Of a DNA stretch of 64,000 bases, positions 48,153-58,428 are shown in pieces. Both the position numbers and the translations under genes were made by a program. The notes beneath the pieces are model-generated. The model had not been told where the DNA came from. It did not search any database and saw nothing but the letters and a program-made list of their open reading frames with translations. The DNA comes from Trueperaceae bacterium (GTDB taxonomy: Bacteria; Deinococcota; Deinococci; Deinococcales; Trueperaceae), in NCBI GenBank assembly GCA_965213925.1, contig OZ243927.1:3072001-3136000 (forward strand). The letters are read 5' to 3'. Within the stretch, counting starts at the first letter, position 1. Each line of letters opens with the position of its first letter.

Positions 48153-49460
48153 ATGTTTGAGAGTTTAGGCGACAGACTACAGGGCGTATTCGATTCACTG
48201 CGCGGACGCGGCAAGCTGACCGAGGCGGAAGTTAAGACTGCCTTGCGCGAGGTGCGCGTGGCGCTCTTAGAGGCGGACGTCAATTTAGAGGTCGCCCGCG
48301 ACTTCACCAAGCGCGTGCAGGAGAAAGCCACCGGCTCCGAAGTCTTGATGTCGCTCCAGCCCGAGCAGCGCGTCATCTCTATCGTCCACGACGAGTTGGT
48401 GGACATCTTGGGCGGCAAAGCGGCGCAGCCCAGCCTCCAAAACGAGCAGAACGTCTGGATGCTCATGGGCTTACAAGGTGCCGGTAAAACGACCACAGCG
48501 GGCAAGCTCGCGTATAAGTACAAAGCGCAGGGGCGCAGACCTCTTCTGATCGCAGCGGACACGCAGCGCCCGGCGGCGCGTGACCAGCTCCGCGTGTTGG
48601 GTCAGCAGATCAGCGTACCTGTTTTGGAAGTCGAGGACGACGAAGCGCCAGAGCGCACCAAAGAGCGCCTGCAAGCCTACCTCAAAACGAACTACCGCGA
48701 CCTCATCATCGTGGACACGGCGGGGCGTCTGCAGATTGATGAAAACCTCATGGACGCACTTGCCGACCTCAAAGACGCGCTCGAGCCCAACGAGGCGATG
48801 CTCGTCGTGGACGCCATGACCGGGCAGCAAACGCTCCCCGTCGCCACCGCCTTCGACGAGCGCGTGGGCGTCTCGGGTCTCATTATGACGAAGCTCGACG
48901 GCGACGCAAGAGGTGGCGCGGCGCTTTCCGCGAAGCACGTCACGGGCAAGCCCATCTACTTCGCCGGGATGAGCGAGAAGATCGACGGCTTAGAGCCCTT
49001 TTACCCCGACCGCGTCGCGGGTCGCATCCTCGGCATGGGCGACATGATGACGCTCATCGAGAAAGCGAAAGTCTTAGAGGGCGACGACGACGAGGTCACG
49101 AGCCTCAAGGACTTCACGCTTCAAGACATGCTCACGCAGATGCAGAAGATCAAGAAGATGGGCTCGTTCACCGACATCCTCAAAATGATTCCTGGCGCGA
49201 GCAAGATGCTGGGCGGCGCGGACATAGACGAGGGCGAGATCGCCCGCATCGAGGCGATCATCTCGTCAATGACCGAAAAAGAGCGGCGCAGACCGAAACT
49301 CTTAAACGCGAGCCGCCGTAAGCGCATCGCGGCGGGCTCCGGGACGACGGTGCAAGATGTGAACCGCCTGATGAAGAACTACGAGCAGATGAAGAAGATG
49401 ATGAAAAAGATGGGCAGGCGTCAACCCGGTAAGGGGATGGGGCGCAGCTTAGGGCGTTAA
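48153..49460 (+). CDS. ffh: Signal recognition particle protein
   Basis: [35 protein letters not shown] and an M-domain. Confidence 0.98.
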   Translation: MFESLGDRLQGVFDSLRGRGKLTEAEVKTALREVRVALLEADVNLEVARDFTKRVQEKATGSEVLMSLQPEQRVISIVHDELVDILGGKAAQPSLQNEQNVWMLMGLQGAGKTTTAGKLAYKYKAQGRRPLLIAADTQRPAARDQLRVLGQQISVPVLEVEDDEAPERTKERLQAYLKTNYRDLIIVDTAGRLQIDENLMDALADLKDALEPNEAMLVVDAMTGQQTLPVATAFDERVGVSGLIMTKLDGDARGGAALSAKHVTGKPIYFAGMSEKIDGLEPFYPDRVAGRILGMGDMMTLIEKAKVLEGDDDEVTSLKDFTLQDMLTQMQKIKKMGSFTDILKMIPGASKMLGGADIDEGEIARIEAIISSMTEKERRRPKLLNASRRKRIAAGSGTTVQDVNRLMKNYEQMKKMMKKMGRRQPGKGMGRSLGR

Positions 49461-49532
49461 TTTGGTGTACACTCAAAAGCAACCTGTCCGCGTCAGGACA
49501 ACACTAAAGCTATTCGAGAAAGAGGAAGCAAC

Positions 49533-49835
49533 ATGGTTAAAATCCGTTTAACGCGCTTAGGCGCAAAAAAGAACCCCCACTACCGCGTTGTCGTCACCGA
49601 CGCCCGCACGAAGCGCAGCGGCGACTACATCGAGTCGCTCGGCTACTACGACCCGCGCGAAAAAAGCGAAACGCCCCTTAAAATTGACGTCGAGCGCGCG
49701 GAGCACTGGCTCTCGCAGGGCGCGCAGCCCACGGGCGCAGCCATCCGGCTCTTGGAGAAGTCCGGCGTCACCGTTGGCAAGGTTCAGGCGAAGCGCTCGA
49801 GCGCCTACGAAGCGAGAACGCAAGCGAGCGCTTAA
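49533..49835 (+). CDS. rpsP: 30S ribosomal protein S16
   Basis: [18 protein letters not shown] and GAQPT motifs. Confidence 0.98.
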   Translation: MVKIRLTRLGAKKNPHYRVVVTDARTKRSGDYIESLGYYDPREKSETPLKIDVERAEHWLSQGAQPTGAAIRLLEKSGVTVGKVQAKRSSAYEARTQASA

Positions 49836-49846
49836 CCCAACCCGTC

Positions 49847-50077
49847 ATGCCCCTAGAACTCGTCACCTTCGCCCTACAAAATCTCGTAGAAGAGCCCGAC
49901 AAGCTCCGCGTCGAGTCGCGCACCGACTCGCGCGGCGTTCACATCGAGATTCACTGCGCCGAGGGTGACGCGGGGCGCATCATCGGGCGGGGCGGACGTT
50001 TGATCAACAGCCTGCGCACGTTGGCTCGAGCCGCTGCCGACGGACGCCAGCGCGTTGACGTTCACCTCATTGATTAA
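49847..50077 (+). CDS. khpA: KH-domain RNA-binding protein KhpA/YlqC
   Basis: D.GRIIGRGGR...LRT motif; canonical position between rpsP and rimM. Confidence 0.9.
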   Translation: MPLELVTFALQNLVEEPDKLRVESRTDSRGVHIEIHCAEGDAGRIIGRGGRLINSLRTLARAAADGRQRVDVHLID

Positions 50078-50084
50078 CTAGCAC

Positions 50085-50606
50085 GTGGCAGTAGAACCGC
50101 CAGAAGGCTCCATTCTCCTCGGTACATTGGGAAAGACTTTCCAACTCGCCGGGGGGCTTCGTTTTTATGGTTTGGGTCAGGCGGAAGCGGACGCGATCTT
50201 CAAGCTGGAGCGCGTTTTTGTTACGAGTTTGGGCGAGCGCAGACTGACGCAGGTGCGGCGCGTCGGTGGTCAGACGGTGGTGTATCTCGGGGGCATCACT
50301 AAAATCGAGCAAGCCAAACCCCTCGTCAACGAAGAGGTCTACGTAAGGGCTGAAGACCTCCCTGAGCCCGAAGAGGGGTTTTACTTGGAACTACTGCTCG
50401 AGCTTCCTGTCCACGTTGACGGCGAACCCTTCGGCGAAGTCGTTGACGTAATTTCCGCAGGCTTTCAAGACCTTTTAGTCATCCTCCACGAGGATGAAGA
50501 ATATTTAGTACCTCTGCAAGCCGACTATGTGCAAATAAGTGAAGTAAGTGAAGAGGGTATCTCCATCGAGAATGCGCCGGAGGGGTTGTTGGGCAATGCA
50601 GAATGA
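50085..50606 (+). CDS. rimM: 16S rRNA processing protein RimM
   Basis: Synteny; LPEPEEGFY..L.L, G.V.DV and D.LV...YLVP patterns. Confidence 0.88.
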   Translation: MAVEPPEGSILLGTLGKTFQLAGGLRFYGLGQAEADAIFKLERVFVTSLGERRLTQVRRVGGQTVVYLGGITKIEQAKPLVNEEVYVRAEDLPEPEEGFYLELLLELPVHVDGEPFGEVVDVISAGFQDLLVILHEDEEYLVPLQADYVQISEVSEEGISIENAPEGLLGNAE

Positions 50607-50669
50607 GGAATATAGAATAAAGAGTGCGGGAGATTCTATTCTGCATCCTTTATTCCCGATTCTGCTTCC

Positions 50670-51410
50670 ATGAAATACACCGTTCTCACCCTCTTCCCCG
50701 ACCTCTTGCGCCCGTGGACCGAAGAAGCTTTGTTAGGACGCGCCGTTAAAAACGGGCACCTCAGCTTCGACGTGCGCGACTTGCGCGACTACGCGGCGAA
50801 TAAACATAGAAACGTGGACGACACACCTTATGGCGGCGGCGCGGGGATGGTCATCCGGGTGGACATCGCGGCGCGGGCGATTGAAGAGATCAAAAGGGAA
50901 TCGCCGCCCGATGAGATTATCCTGCTCTCCCCTGCTGGCGAACCCTTCACGCAAAAGTTGGCGGAGGATTTGGCGACGAAAGAGCATCTTTGTTTACTTT
51001 CAGGACGCTATGAGGGGTTTGACGCGAGGGTGGAGTCTTTGGTCACCAAAGAGGTCAGCATCGGCGATTATGTACTCATGGGCGGCGAAATCGCGGCGTT
51101 AGCGCTGATCGAAGCAACGGCAAGACTCGTTCCGGGCGTGTTGGGTGACGCGCAAAGCCACGAGCAGGATTCTTTTTCGACAGGGCTCTTGGACTACCCA
51201 GAATACACCCGCCCGGCTGAGTACGAGGGCGTCGGCATCCCCGACGTGTTGACGAGCGGGCACCATGCGAACGTCGAGAGGTGGCGGCGCGAGAGGGCGT
51301 TGGAACGCACGTTAGCGCGAAGACCGGATTTGCTCGAGCACGCCAACCTCACCGACACCGACCTAGCCTTTTTGCAGGCGCTACAAACCAAAAAAGAGGG
51401 CGACGCTTAG
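50670..51410 (+). CDS. trmD: tRNA (guanine37-N1)-methyltransferase
   Basis: [32 protein letters not shown] and YTRP motifs. Confidence 0.98.
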   Translation: MKYTVLTLFPDLLRPWTEEALLGRAVKNGHLSFDVRDLRDYAANKHRNVDDTPYGGGAGMVIRVDIAARAIEEIKRESPPDEIILLSPAGEPFTQKLAEDLATKEHLCLLSGRYEGFDARVESLVTKEVSIGDYVLMGGEIAALALIEATARLVPGVLGDAQSHEQDSFSTGLLDYPEYTRPAEYEGVGIPDVLTSGHHANVERWRRERALERTLARRPDLLEHANLTDTDLAFLQALQTKKEGDA

Positions 51411-51456
51411 CGCCGCCTGATTTTTTTGTACAAGGGGTTTCAACCCTTTGCTGAGC

Positions 51457-51951
51457 TTAACCGCCCGCGCTGACGCGGTCGATGACCTCTTGCGTGATGT
51501 TGGGAAAGCCCTCCGCCGCGTAGACGACGAGCGCCGAGCTTGCCGCCACCCCTTGGTTGAGCACGAGCGTGTAACCGTTCGCCTGGGCGATTTCTTGGAT
51601 GATCGCGTCCACTGCCTGTTCTGCAGGCTGAATTGTCGCTTGAATCTCCTCGCGGTAACGCGCCTGGGTCTCCTGATAGGTGCGCTGGGAGAGGTCTAGG
51701 GTGCTGCGCTCCTCGGCGGTCAGCTCTTCGCCTGCGTTGAGCCTCTCTAGGAGCGGCGCGACGTTCGCTTGAATCTCGCCGAGTTCGGTTCTGGCTTGCT
51801 CCTCTAACTGCTGCGCCTGCGCCCCGGCTGGGTGCGCCGCTAAAACCGCGCCCGCGTCCACAAAGGCGATGCTGAGTTGATCTTGCGCCGCGCCGAGCGC
51901 GAAGAGAGAGAGGATACTTACGAGTAGAGTAACGGGTAAAAATCGCTTCAT
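51457..51951 (-). CDS. OmpH/Skp family periplasmic chaperone
   Basis: Signal peptide, IAFVD, coiled coil, IA..NGY.LVL and NIT..V patterns. Confidence 0.88.
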   Translation of the reverse strand: MKRFLPVTLLVSILSLFALGAAQDQLSIAFVDAGAVLAAHPAGAQAQQLEEQARTELGEIQANVAPLLERLNAGEELTAEERSTLDLSQRTYQETQARYREEIQATIQPAEQAVDAIIQEIAQANGYTLVLNQGVAASSALVVYAAEGFPNITQEVIDRVSAGG

Positions 51952-52206
51952 GGGGGCAGTATACCGAGGGGAGGATGAGAATGCATCTCCGTAAAAACGA
52001 AGCGCGTCTTCACGATGTGTTTGTCTGTGAAGAGGGATCAGGATTCAGGGGTCAGAATAAAAGCGAAAACTGACTGCCGAATCCTGATGGCCGCTTACTT
52101 TCCAAGTTACTGACCCGCGAGCCGCCAGTAACCGCCGCACCTCGCCTACCGCCAATGCCCAAAATCACACGCCGCCAACGCCCTCCCCGAACCTATAATG
52201 CCCTCT

Positions 52207-53346
52207 ATGTTGACCCTCATCACCGCCTCACTGCTCGGTCTTTCAGGCGCGCTCATCGGCTCGTTCGCCAACGTGGTGATCTACCGCGTGCCGCGCGGCG
52301 AGTCCATCGCCTTCCCCGGCTCGCACTGCCCGAACTGTGAGCGTCCACTGACCGTTTTGGACCTCGTGCCTATCTTCTCCTGGCTCGCCCTGCGCGGACG
52401 TTGCCGGGGCTGTAAAGAGGGCATCGCGCTACGCTACCCTTTAATCGAAGCGATTACCGCACTCGGCTTTGTGCTGATTGCGCTGCGCTTTCCGGTTGCG
52501 CAGTATGGTCTCACCGCCTTCGTTCTCGCCATTATTTACGCCATGCTCGTGATGATGTCAGCTATCGACATCGACGAGTACATCCTGCCCGACGGTTTGA
52601 CCCTACCTGCGATTGCCGTAGGGCTCTTGGGCAGCTTTTTCTACGCCACCCCTGGTGGCTTACCGAGCCTACAAGCGGCGCTCTTTGGCGGCGCGTTAGG
52701 CGCGGGCATTATCGTGCTTATCAACCGCTTGGGCGGACTTGTGCTGCGCCACTTTGCCGACACCAAAGAGCGCCTCTTCCCTATCGGACTCGACCAGGTG
52801 AACGTGGCGTTCGTAGGCGGTGCGTTAGGTGGCTGGATTGTCGGTTCAGTGCTCGCGGCTGCGTCCGTCGTCGCTAACCTGGTCACGCGGCGCACGCTCA
52901 GGCTCTCCGAACCTCTTCTCTACGGCGTGTGGGCGTTGGCGCTCGGTACGGGTAGTTTCTACCTCGGCATCGACGCGCTCAGCGGTAGTTTGGCGGCGGC
53001 AGGTTCGGTGGCGGTTTTAGGGGCGGTGTACTGGTGGGTTTTGGACCTACTCGGCAAAGCACCCGACGAAGAAGGCGTACTTAACGAAGAGGACGACGAA
53101 CCCGTCGCAATGGGCTTTGGCGACGTGAAGCTCGCGGCGGTTTTAGGTGTGATGCTGGGCTGGCAGAACCTCTTAGTGGCGCTGCTCTTGTCCTTTTTCG
53201 TGGGGGCTATAGGCGGGCTCACCCTTAAAGCATTCGGCGGCGGGCGTGTGGTTCCTTTTGGTCCGTACCTGGCGATTGGCGGGCTGATTGCGCTGTTTTA
53301 TGGGGACGCGCTTTTGGGCTGGTACTTGGGAATGTTGGGGCTGTAG
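52207..53346 (+). CDS. pilD: Prepilin peptidase / N-methyltransferase
   Basis: GSFANVVIYRVP, two CxxC pairs, ID....LPD, MGFGDVKL and PFGPYL motifs. TATAAT 7 nt before the ATG at 52207. Confidence 0.93.
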   Translation: MLTLITASLLGLSGALIGSFANVVIYRVPRGESIAFPGSHCPNCERPLTVLDLVPIFSWLALRGRCRGCKEGIALRYPLIEAITALGFVLIALRFPVAQYGLTAFVLAIIYAMLVMMSAIDIDEYILPDGLTLPAIAVGLLGSFFYATPGGLPSLQAALFGGALGAGIIVLINRLGGLVLRHFADTKERLFPIGLDQVNVAFVGGALGGWIVGSVLAAASVVANLVTRRTLRLSEPLLYGVWALALGTGSFYLGIDALSGSLAAAGSVAVLGAVYWWVLDLLGKAPDEEGVLNEEDDEPVAMGFGDVKLAAVLGVMLGWQNLLVALLLSFFVGAIGGLTLKAFGGGRVVPFGPYLAIGGLIALFYGDALLGWYLGMLGL

Positions 53347-53508
53347 GGTGGAAATGTCTCGAGCTAACCGTGACTTGCAAAAGAGATAGTGGGGTCGACG
53401 TCGCTCCATTCACTGTGAGACCATTCACTATGCACTGTGCTGAATTGCAGAGCTTCTCAACCTTACGGAGCTTGTACCACGCCTTCTGAAAGCTGAGTAG
53501 AGACGGTA

Positions 53509-54738
53509 TCAGGAGGTCAACGTATCTAGTCCGATCGCCTCTAGCACGTCTTTCGGGTTGACCTTGCCCTTAAACCAGACGATCTTCGCGGGGACGTCCT
53601 CGAGCTTGATGCCCGCCGCGCCCAAGTTCAGCCGTTCAGAGACGGCGAGGACGAGGTCGTCGCGCAAGGATTTCTTGACCTGCGCGAACTTCTTCTTGAG
53701 GTACTCGGGTCGCCAGTAGCCGACGATTTCTAGGAGGCACGAGCGTCCGTCCGGGTGGACCAAGCGAAAGTCGGGGACCATCACGCTGCCGGGAACCGGC
53801 AAGAGGTCGACTTCGCGCTCCAACTTCCAGGGCGTCTGCGTCTTGTCCCAGCGCTTGACGAAAGACTCTTCGACCACGCTGTCGTAGGTTTTGCCGCGCT
53901 TGTAGTGCGAGACGAGCCCGCAGGTATCGTCCAGCGAAAACCGCGCCTCGGCGGGCACGTTGTCGTAGGTCTGGCGCGGCACGAGCGTCGCCTCCATACG
54001 CCAGCGGCTGACCTGTAAAAGCGCGGGGAGAAACTTGGCGAGGTCCGTACCGTAGCGCGTCGAGGGCTTAAAGAGGCTGTCGGGACCGTCGATGGTGATA
54101 GTAAAGCCGTGCTCGGCGTCCCCTTCGATATAGCTCATCAGCCCGAAGAGTTTAAGGAACTTAAAGAGCTGCTTGTACTCGCCGGGGTCGTTGCGGTACG
54201 CCGTGATGACGATGTCGCTGGCGCGGTACAAGACGCCCTGCGCTTGCGAGAGGTTGTAGCGGTGCAAGAGGGTCTCGGGCGTGGGCGCGTCGAAGGAGAG
54301 GAGCGTCTGATTCTCAGCGAGGTCGGCGTAGAGACCCTCTTCAACTTGGTCAGCGGGAACGGTGCGCTCTAGCTCGAGCGAGAGCCTCTCCGCGACCTCT
54401 TTTACGACCTGCTGCGTGACCTCTTGACTGGGGAGTCTGGGGGCCGCCGCACTAAACACCAGCTCGCGCAACCGCTCGGGCTCTAAAGGGCTCACCGTTT
54501 CGAAGTCCGCGAAGCCGTGCAAGAGGTGCACTAAACCGCGCTTAACGCGGTAGTCCGTCTCCGTCCCCTCCAAAAGCTGCAACTGCTCCTCTAACTCGCT
54601 GCGCTTTTGCCCCACGCAACGCTCGAAAATAGCGGTAGCGTCCGCCGCCATCTGCTTGTGCTTGTCGTCGAGCGGCAAGCGTTTAGGAACGATCTCATCA
54701 CCTTTATAGCGGTGCATGAGAAGTTGGCTCGGTAGCAT
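53509..54738 (-). CDS. DUF790 family (Bax1-like) putative endonuclease
   Basis: ML.S.LL N-terminus, LYADL, RYNL...QG.L, DGP.SLF...RYG, YDS.VE..F and PDF...LEIVGYW motifs. Confidence 0.88.
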   Translation of the reverse strand: MLPSQLLMHRYKGDEIVPKRLPLDDKHKQMAADATAIFERCVGQKRSELEEQLQLLEGTETDYRVKRGLVHLLHGFADFETVSPLEPERLRELVFSAAAPRLPSQEVTQQVVKEVAERLSLELERTVPADQVEEGLYADLAENQTLLSFDAPTPETLLHRYNLSQAQGVLYRASDIVITAYRNDPGEYKQLFKFLKLFGLMSYIEGDAEHGFTITIDGPDSLFKPSTRYGTDLAKFLPALLQVSRWRMEATLVPRQTYDNVPAEARFSLDDTCGLVSHYKRGKTYDSVVEESFVKRWDKTQTPWKLEREVDLLPVPGSVMVPDFRLVHPDGRSCLLEIVGYWRPEYLKKKFAQVKKSLRDDLVLAVSERLNLGAAGIKLEDVPAKIVWFKGKVNPKDVLEAIGLDTLTS

Positions 54739-54753
54739 TAGACGTTCACCGAT

Positions 54754-56193
54754 CTATAAATCCTCGAAGTCTAGACTGTCCTGCATCCCGATACGCTCGC
54801 CTGTCACGATAGGTTTGACCTCTTGTCGCTTTGGGCGCTCGCGCCGCCGTTTCGACACGCCTTCTTCGCTCGTTTTCGCCGCGACGACTTCGTACAACAG
54901 GGCGAGCTTGCCCTCCCTCTTTCTCAAGATGCGCCCTAAGCGCTGCACGTATTCCCTGGTCGTCCCCGTTCCAGAAAGCACCACCGCCACATTCGCCTCG
55001 GGCACGTCCACCCCTTCGTTCAACACCTTTGAGGTGGCGAGGCGCGGATAGCGTCCCTCCCGGAACCTCTGCAACGTCTCGTGCCGCTCTTTGACCTTGG
55101 TCTGATGCGTGATGGCGGGGACCAAAAACGTCTGCGAAATTCGGTAGACCATCGCGTTGTTGTCGGTAAAAATCAGCATCCGGTCGTTCTGGTGCTTGGT
55201 GAACAGCTCGGCGAGCACGCGGAGCTTGCCCTCGGTACCGAAAGCAATGGAACGCGCCTCGCGGTGCGCGAGCATGGCGGCGCGTCCCGCTTGCGAGCGG
55301 GCGCTCTCCCGCACGAAGTGTTGCCAGCCGCGCAGCGACCCTAAGAAGATATTGCGCTCCTGCAAAAAGGTGTTGCGCTTTGCCGTCATCTCGTCGTAGC
55401 GCAGCCGCTCAGCTTGGGAGAGTTCCACGTCGATGCGGATGATTTTATGTTCTGCGAGCGCGTCGCCCGCCAACTCTTCGGGCGTCTTGTGATACACGAC
55501 GGGACCGATGAGCGTATGCAAATCCTCGTCTTTGCCGTCGGTGCGTTCGGGCGTCGCACTTAACCCTAAGCGGTAGGGCGCGATGGAGTACTCGGCAATC
55601 GTGCGCTTAAAGTCCGAGGGCAAGTGGTGACATTCGTCGAAAATGACGAGCCCGTAGCGGTTGCCCAGTGTCTCCGCAAAGATCGCGGCGCTGTCGTAGG
55701 TTGCCACTAAAACCGGCGAGCGGTCTTTGGAGCCGCCGCCCAGAAGCCCCACCTCCACATCGGGAAAGGTCGCCACGAGCTGCGCGTACCACTGGTGCAT
55801 GAGGTCCAAAGTCGGCACGACGATGAGGGTGCTGCGCGGCGTCGCCTCCATCGCGAGCTGTGCGAGGTACGTTTTACCTGTGCCTGTCGGCAACACGACC
55901 GTACCGCGCCTGCCTGCGCGCTTCCACGCCTCTAACGCTTCAGATTGATGGGGATAGGGTTTCATGGAGACGGTAGAGTTTAGCTCGAGCCTTCCCCACA
56001 CCTGCGCCTTGTCCTCGACCTCGGTCCCCTCGGTGCGCATCGCTTCTAAAAAACTGCGGTACTGCAAGGCGGGTAGCCGGAACTTCTCGATGCGGTCGTC
56101 CCACGTCGCGAACTCCACCCAACGCCGCCCTTTGGGGGGTGGGTGCAAGATGAGCGTGCCCCTATCGAAGCGCAGCGTGGAGCGGCGTGCCAT
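54754..56193 (-). CDS. XPB/Ssl2-like SF2 helicase
   Basis: LPTGTGKT, DECHH, SATPER.DG, EGVDVP.A and QRLGRILR motifs. Confidence 0.9.
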   Translation of the reverse strand: MARRSTLRFDRGTLILHPPPKGRRWVEFATWDDRIEKFRLPALQYRSFLEAMRTEGTEVEDKAQVWGRLELNSTVSMKPYPHQSEALEAWKRAGRRGTVVLPTGTGKTYLAQLAMEATPRSTLIVVPTLDLMHQWYAQLVATFPDVEVGLLGGGSKDRSPVLVATYDSAAIFAETLGNRYGLVIFDECHHLPSDFKRTIAEYSIAPYRLGLSATPERTDGKDEDLHTLIGPVVYHKTPEELAGDALAEHKIIRIDVELSQAERLRYDEMTAKRNTFLQERNIFLGSLRGWQHFVRESARSQAGRAAMLAHREARSIAFGTEGKLRVLAELFTKHQNDRMLIFTDNNAMVYRISQTFLVPAITHQTKVKERHETLQRFREGRYPRLATSKVLNEGVDVPEANVAVVLSGTGTTREYVQRLGRILRKREGKLALLYEVVAAKTSEEGVSKRRRERPKRQEVKPIVTGERIGMQDSLDFEDL

Positions 56194-56308
56194 AAAAAAG
56201 CCTAGCACTTACACCTCGTTGATGTGGGGAGGTGCTTAGCGTATGTAGAGAGGAAGATAGGTGAGACGCGCTCTGCTGCATTCGCTATCCTCTGTATCCT
56301 CTGAACTG

Positions 56309-56523
56309 AGTACACTGTTAGCCAAAAAATGAAACATGTCATTCTGAGCGGAACGCAGTGGAGTGAAAGAATCTCTGACCTTGCTGGCTCCTCTGACAGA
56401 GAATGCGAGACGAGACCCTTACGCCTTCGGCTCAGGGTGACATCAGTAATAAGTATCAGTACTTAGTTTACAGCGTACAGGGTGACATGCTAATAAGTAG
56501 CGCTACTTGCTTAACGGTGTACT
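56309..56523. mobile_element. Non-autonomous MITE/REP-like composite element
   Basis: Outer inverted repeats AGTACACTGTTA / TAACGGTGTACT, inner ATGTCATTCTGAGC...GCTCAGGGTGACAT stem (56336-56443), and a ~45-bp tandem duplication of the right end. Confidence 0.55.
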
Positions 56524-56706
56524 GACGCTCAGCGACCTCGAGCCTCGTGCATTTGCACGTTTGCGCAACCGCAGAATCTTGTATAACAAGTAGGGCACGA
56601 GCGTTCAGCCGTCAGCGAAAGCTTTGGAGCTGATGAAGCGCCAACAGCGAACGCTTCTTCTCGGCGCAGTGATAATGGTAGGTGGGGGCGCGAGTTAAGG
56701 AGAGCT

Positions 56707-58428
56707 ATGCTAGGAACCGCTGAGATCAAAACGAGCGTGACGAACGCGCTGCGGCGCATCGGCAAGCAGAACGAGCAGGGCGAGACGATCGGGATCGCCT
56801 ACTTAGAGCGCGGCGGTTTGCAAATGATCCCCGTTTTTGTGCGCATCGTCGGCTTCGCGCTCGTGCTGAGCCTCTATTTCTTGCAGCAACCTCTCGCCGC
56901 TACGGGCGCTGTACCAGGGCTGGGGCGCGTCGCCAATACGCAGTTCATCTCACCCTTTCAGTACGCTCTAGCCGTCGCGATCTACGCAACTTACTTCGCG
57001 GCGACGCTCGTCCGGGGCGGCTTTTTCAAGGGGCAGCCGGGCGTAGAAATTCACTTCACCAAGTACCAGCGCATCGTGCGCACGCTTAAAGCGGGCAAGA
57101 GCACGCTCGTCTTAGACCCACGGGTGCGACCTTACGCGGCGGTGTCCACCAAACCCTTTGTGTTGGACATGCCCAAAATCCAGGGAACGACGGGCGACAA
57201 CATCAGCTTGTCGTATAAGGGAGCCCTCATCGCCCGCGTCGAGGACACCTACCGGCTCGTCGAGCGCGGCGGCTTCGAGGCGTTTTGTGCGCAGTTGGAA
57301 GAGCTTTTTGAGAGCGTCATCAAAGACGAAATGCTGAGCGTATCAGCGCGCGACTTCAACCGCTTTTTGGTCGAGCAAGCTGAGTTTCCGAGCGAAGTTG
57401 CAGGTGAAGGCGAGAGCCTCACCGACAGGCTCGCCGACTTGGAAAAGGAGGACTTGAGCCCCGAACTCCTCTCGAAAATCGCCAGCATCGCCGAACTCGA
57501 CGTGTCACGCTTTATCCTCAGCGAGACTCAGACCCCGCGGCGGCGAGCGCTCTTAGATAAACTGCGCGACTTAGCGAGCAGCTACGGCATCGCCCTATTG
57601 GACCACCTTCCGCAGGGCAACCTCACCAGCGACGATTACTTACGCACCCTAGCGGTCGGGCTCGTCTCCTCCATCACGCGGGTGCGGCAAGCGACCGAAA
57701 CGCTTAAAGACATCACCGAAGAGGAAATTTCCGAAGAGGTCGCGGCGAAGGTGGCGGACGTGAGTTTGGGCGTCTTGGAGGTCGAGCGCATCATCCGCGA
57801 AATCGACGCGATCAAAGCGACCTTGGAGGATGAGAGCACCGAAACCCAGATTATCCAAGCGCGCCGCGCCGCCATAGGCAACATCGTGAGCAGCACGCTC
57901 ACCCCGGCGCTGTCGCAAGTCTCGACCCTCAAAGAGCAGGTGCGGGCGCGGAGCGTGCAGAGTGCGGGCCTAGAGACCTATATTCAAAAACAGGACGAGC
58001 TGTTGGCGCGGCTGAGCGAACGGGTGAACGACCTGCCCCGCGTGAGCCGCGTAGTGACGGACCAGACCGAGGTGGAAAGCGTCGTCATGCGAGGTGACCT
58101 CTTGCGCTCGCTGATGGACGAGAGCGGCGTGAGCGCCGTTTTGAAGGAGTATCGGCAGCGCGGCTTTGCACGGCTAGACGCGCCCGACCAGGCGTCCTTA
58201 GAGGCGTACACGCTCGACGTGGACGCGCTCATGCGCGAACTGAGCGGCGCGTTAGAAACCGTCCCTACCGACTCCGGCACACGCATCGAATACACGCCCG
58301 AGTCGGTCAAGCGTAAGGTCGAGACCATCACCGCGAAAGCGAGCGCGTCGCGCAGCGAGAAAGAGAATTCCGTGAATGAGGACGAGACGATGAGCTGGAA
58401 GGTCGCTGACCGGGAGGTCGGAGCGTGA
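56707..58428 (+). CDS. Divergent SPFH/band-7 membrane protein with coiled-coil C-terminus
   Basis: AAGGAG RBS, 2 TMs, SPFH-like RTLKAG...DP, T.DN.S...ARVED and L..YGI patterns. Confidence 0.6.
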   Translation: MLGTAEIKTSVTNALRRIGKQNEQGETIGIAYLERGGLQMIPVFVRIVGFALVLSLYFLQQPLAATGAVPGLGRVANTQFISPFQYALAVAIYATYFAATLVRGGFFKGQPGVEIHFTKYQRIVRTLKAGKSTLVLDPRVRPYAAVSTKPFVLDMPKIQGTTGDNISLSYKGALIARVEDTYRLVERGGFEAFCAQLEELFESVIKDEMLSVSARDFNRFLVEQAEFPSEVAGEGESLTDRLADLEKEDLSPELLSKIASIAELDVSRFILSETQTPRRRALLDKLRDLASSYGIALLDHLPQGNLTSDDYLRTLAVGLVSSITRVRQATETLKDITEEEISEEVAAKVADVSLGVLEVERIIREIDAIKATLEDESTETQIIQARRAAIGNIVSSTLTPALSQVSTLKEQVRARSVQSAGLETYIQKQDELLARLSERVNDLPRVSRVVTDQTEVESVVMRGDLLRSLMDESGVSAVLKEYRQRGFARLDAPDQASLEAYTLDVDALMRELSGALETVPTDSGTRIEYTPESVKRKVETITAKASASRSEKENSVNEDETMSWKVADREVGA

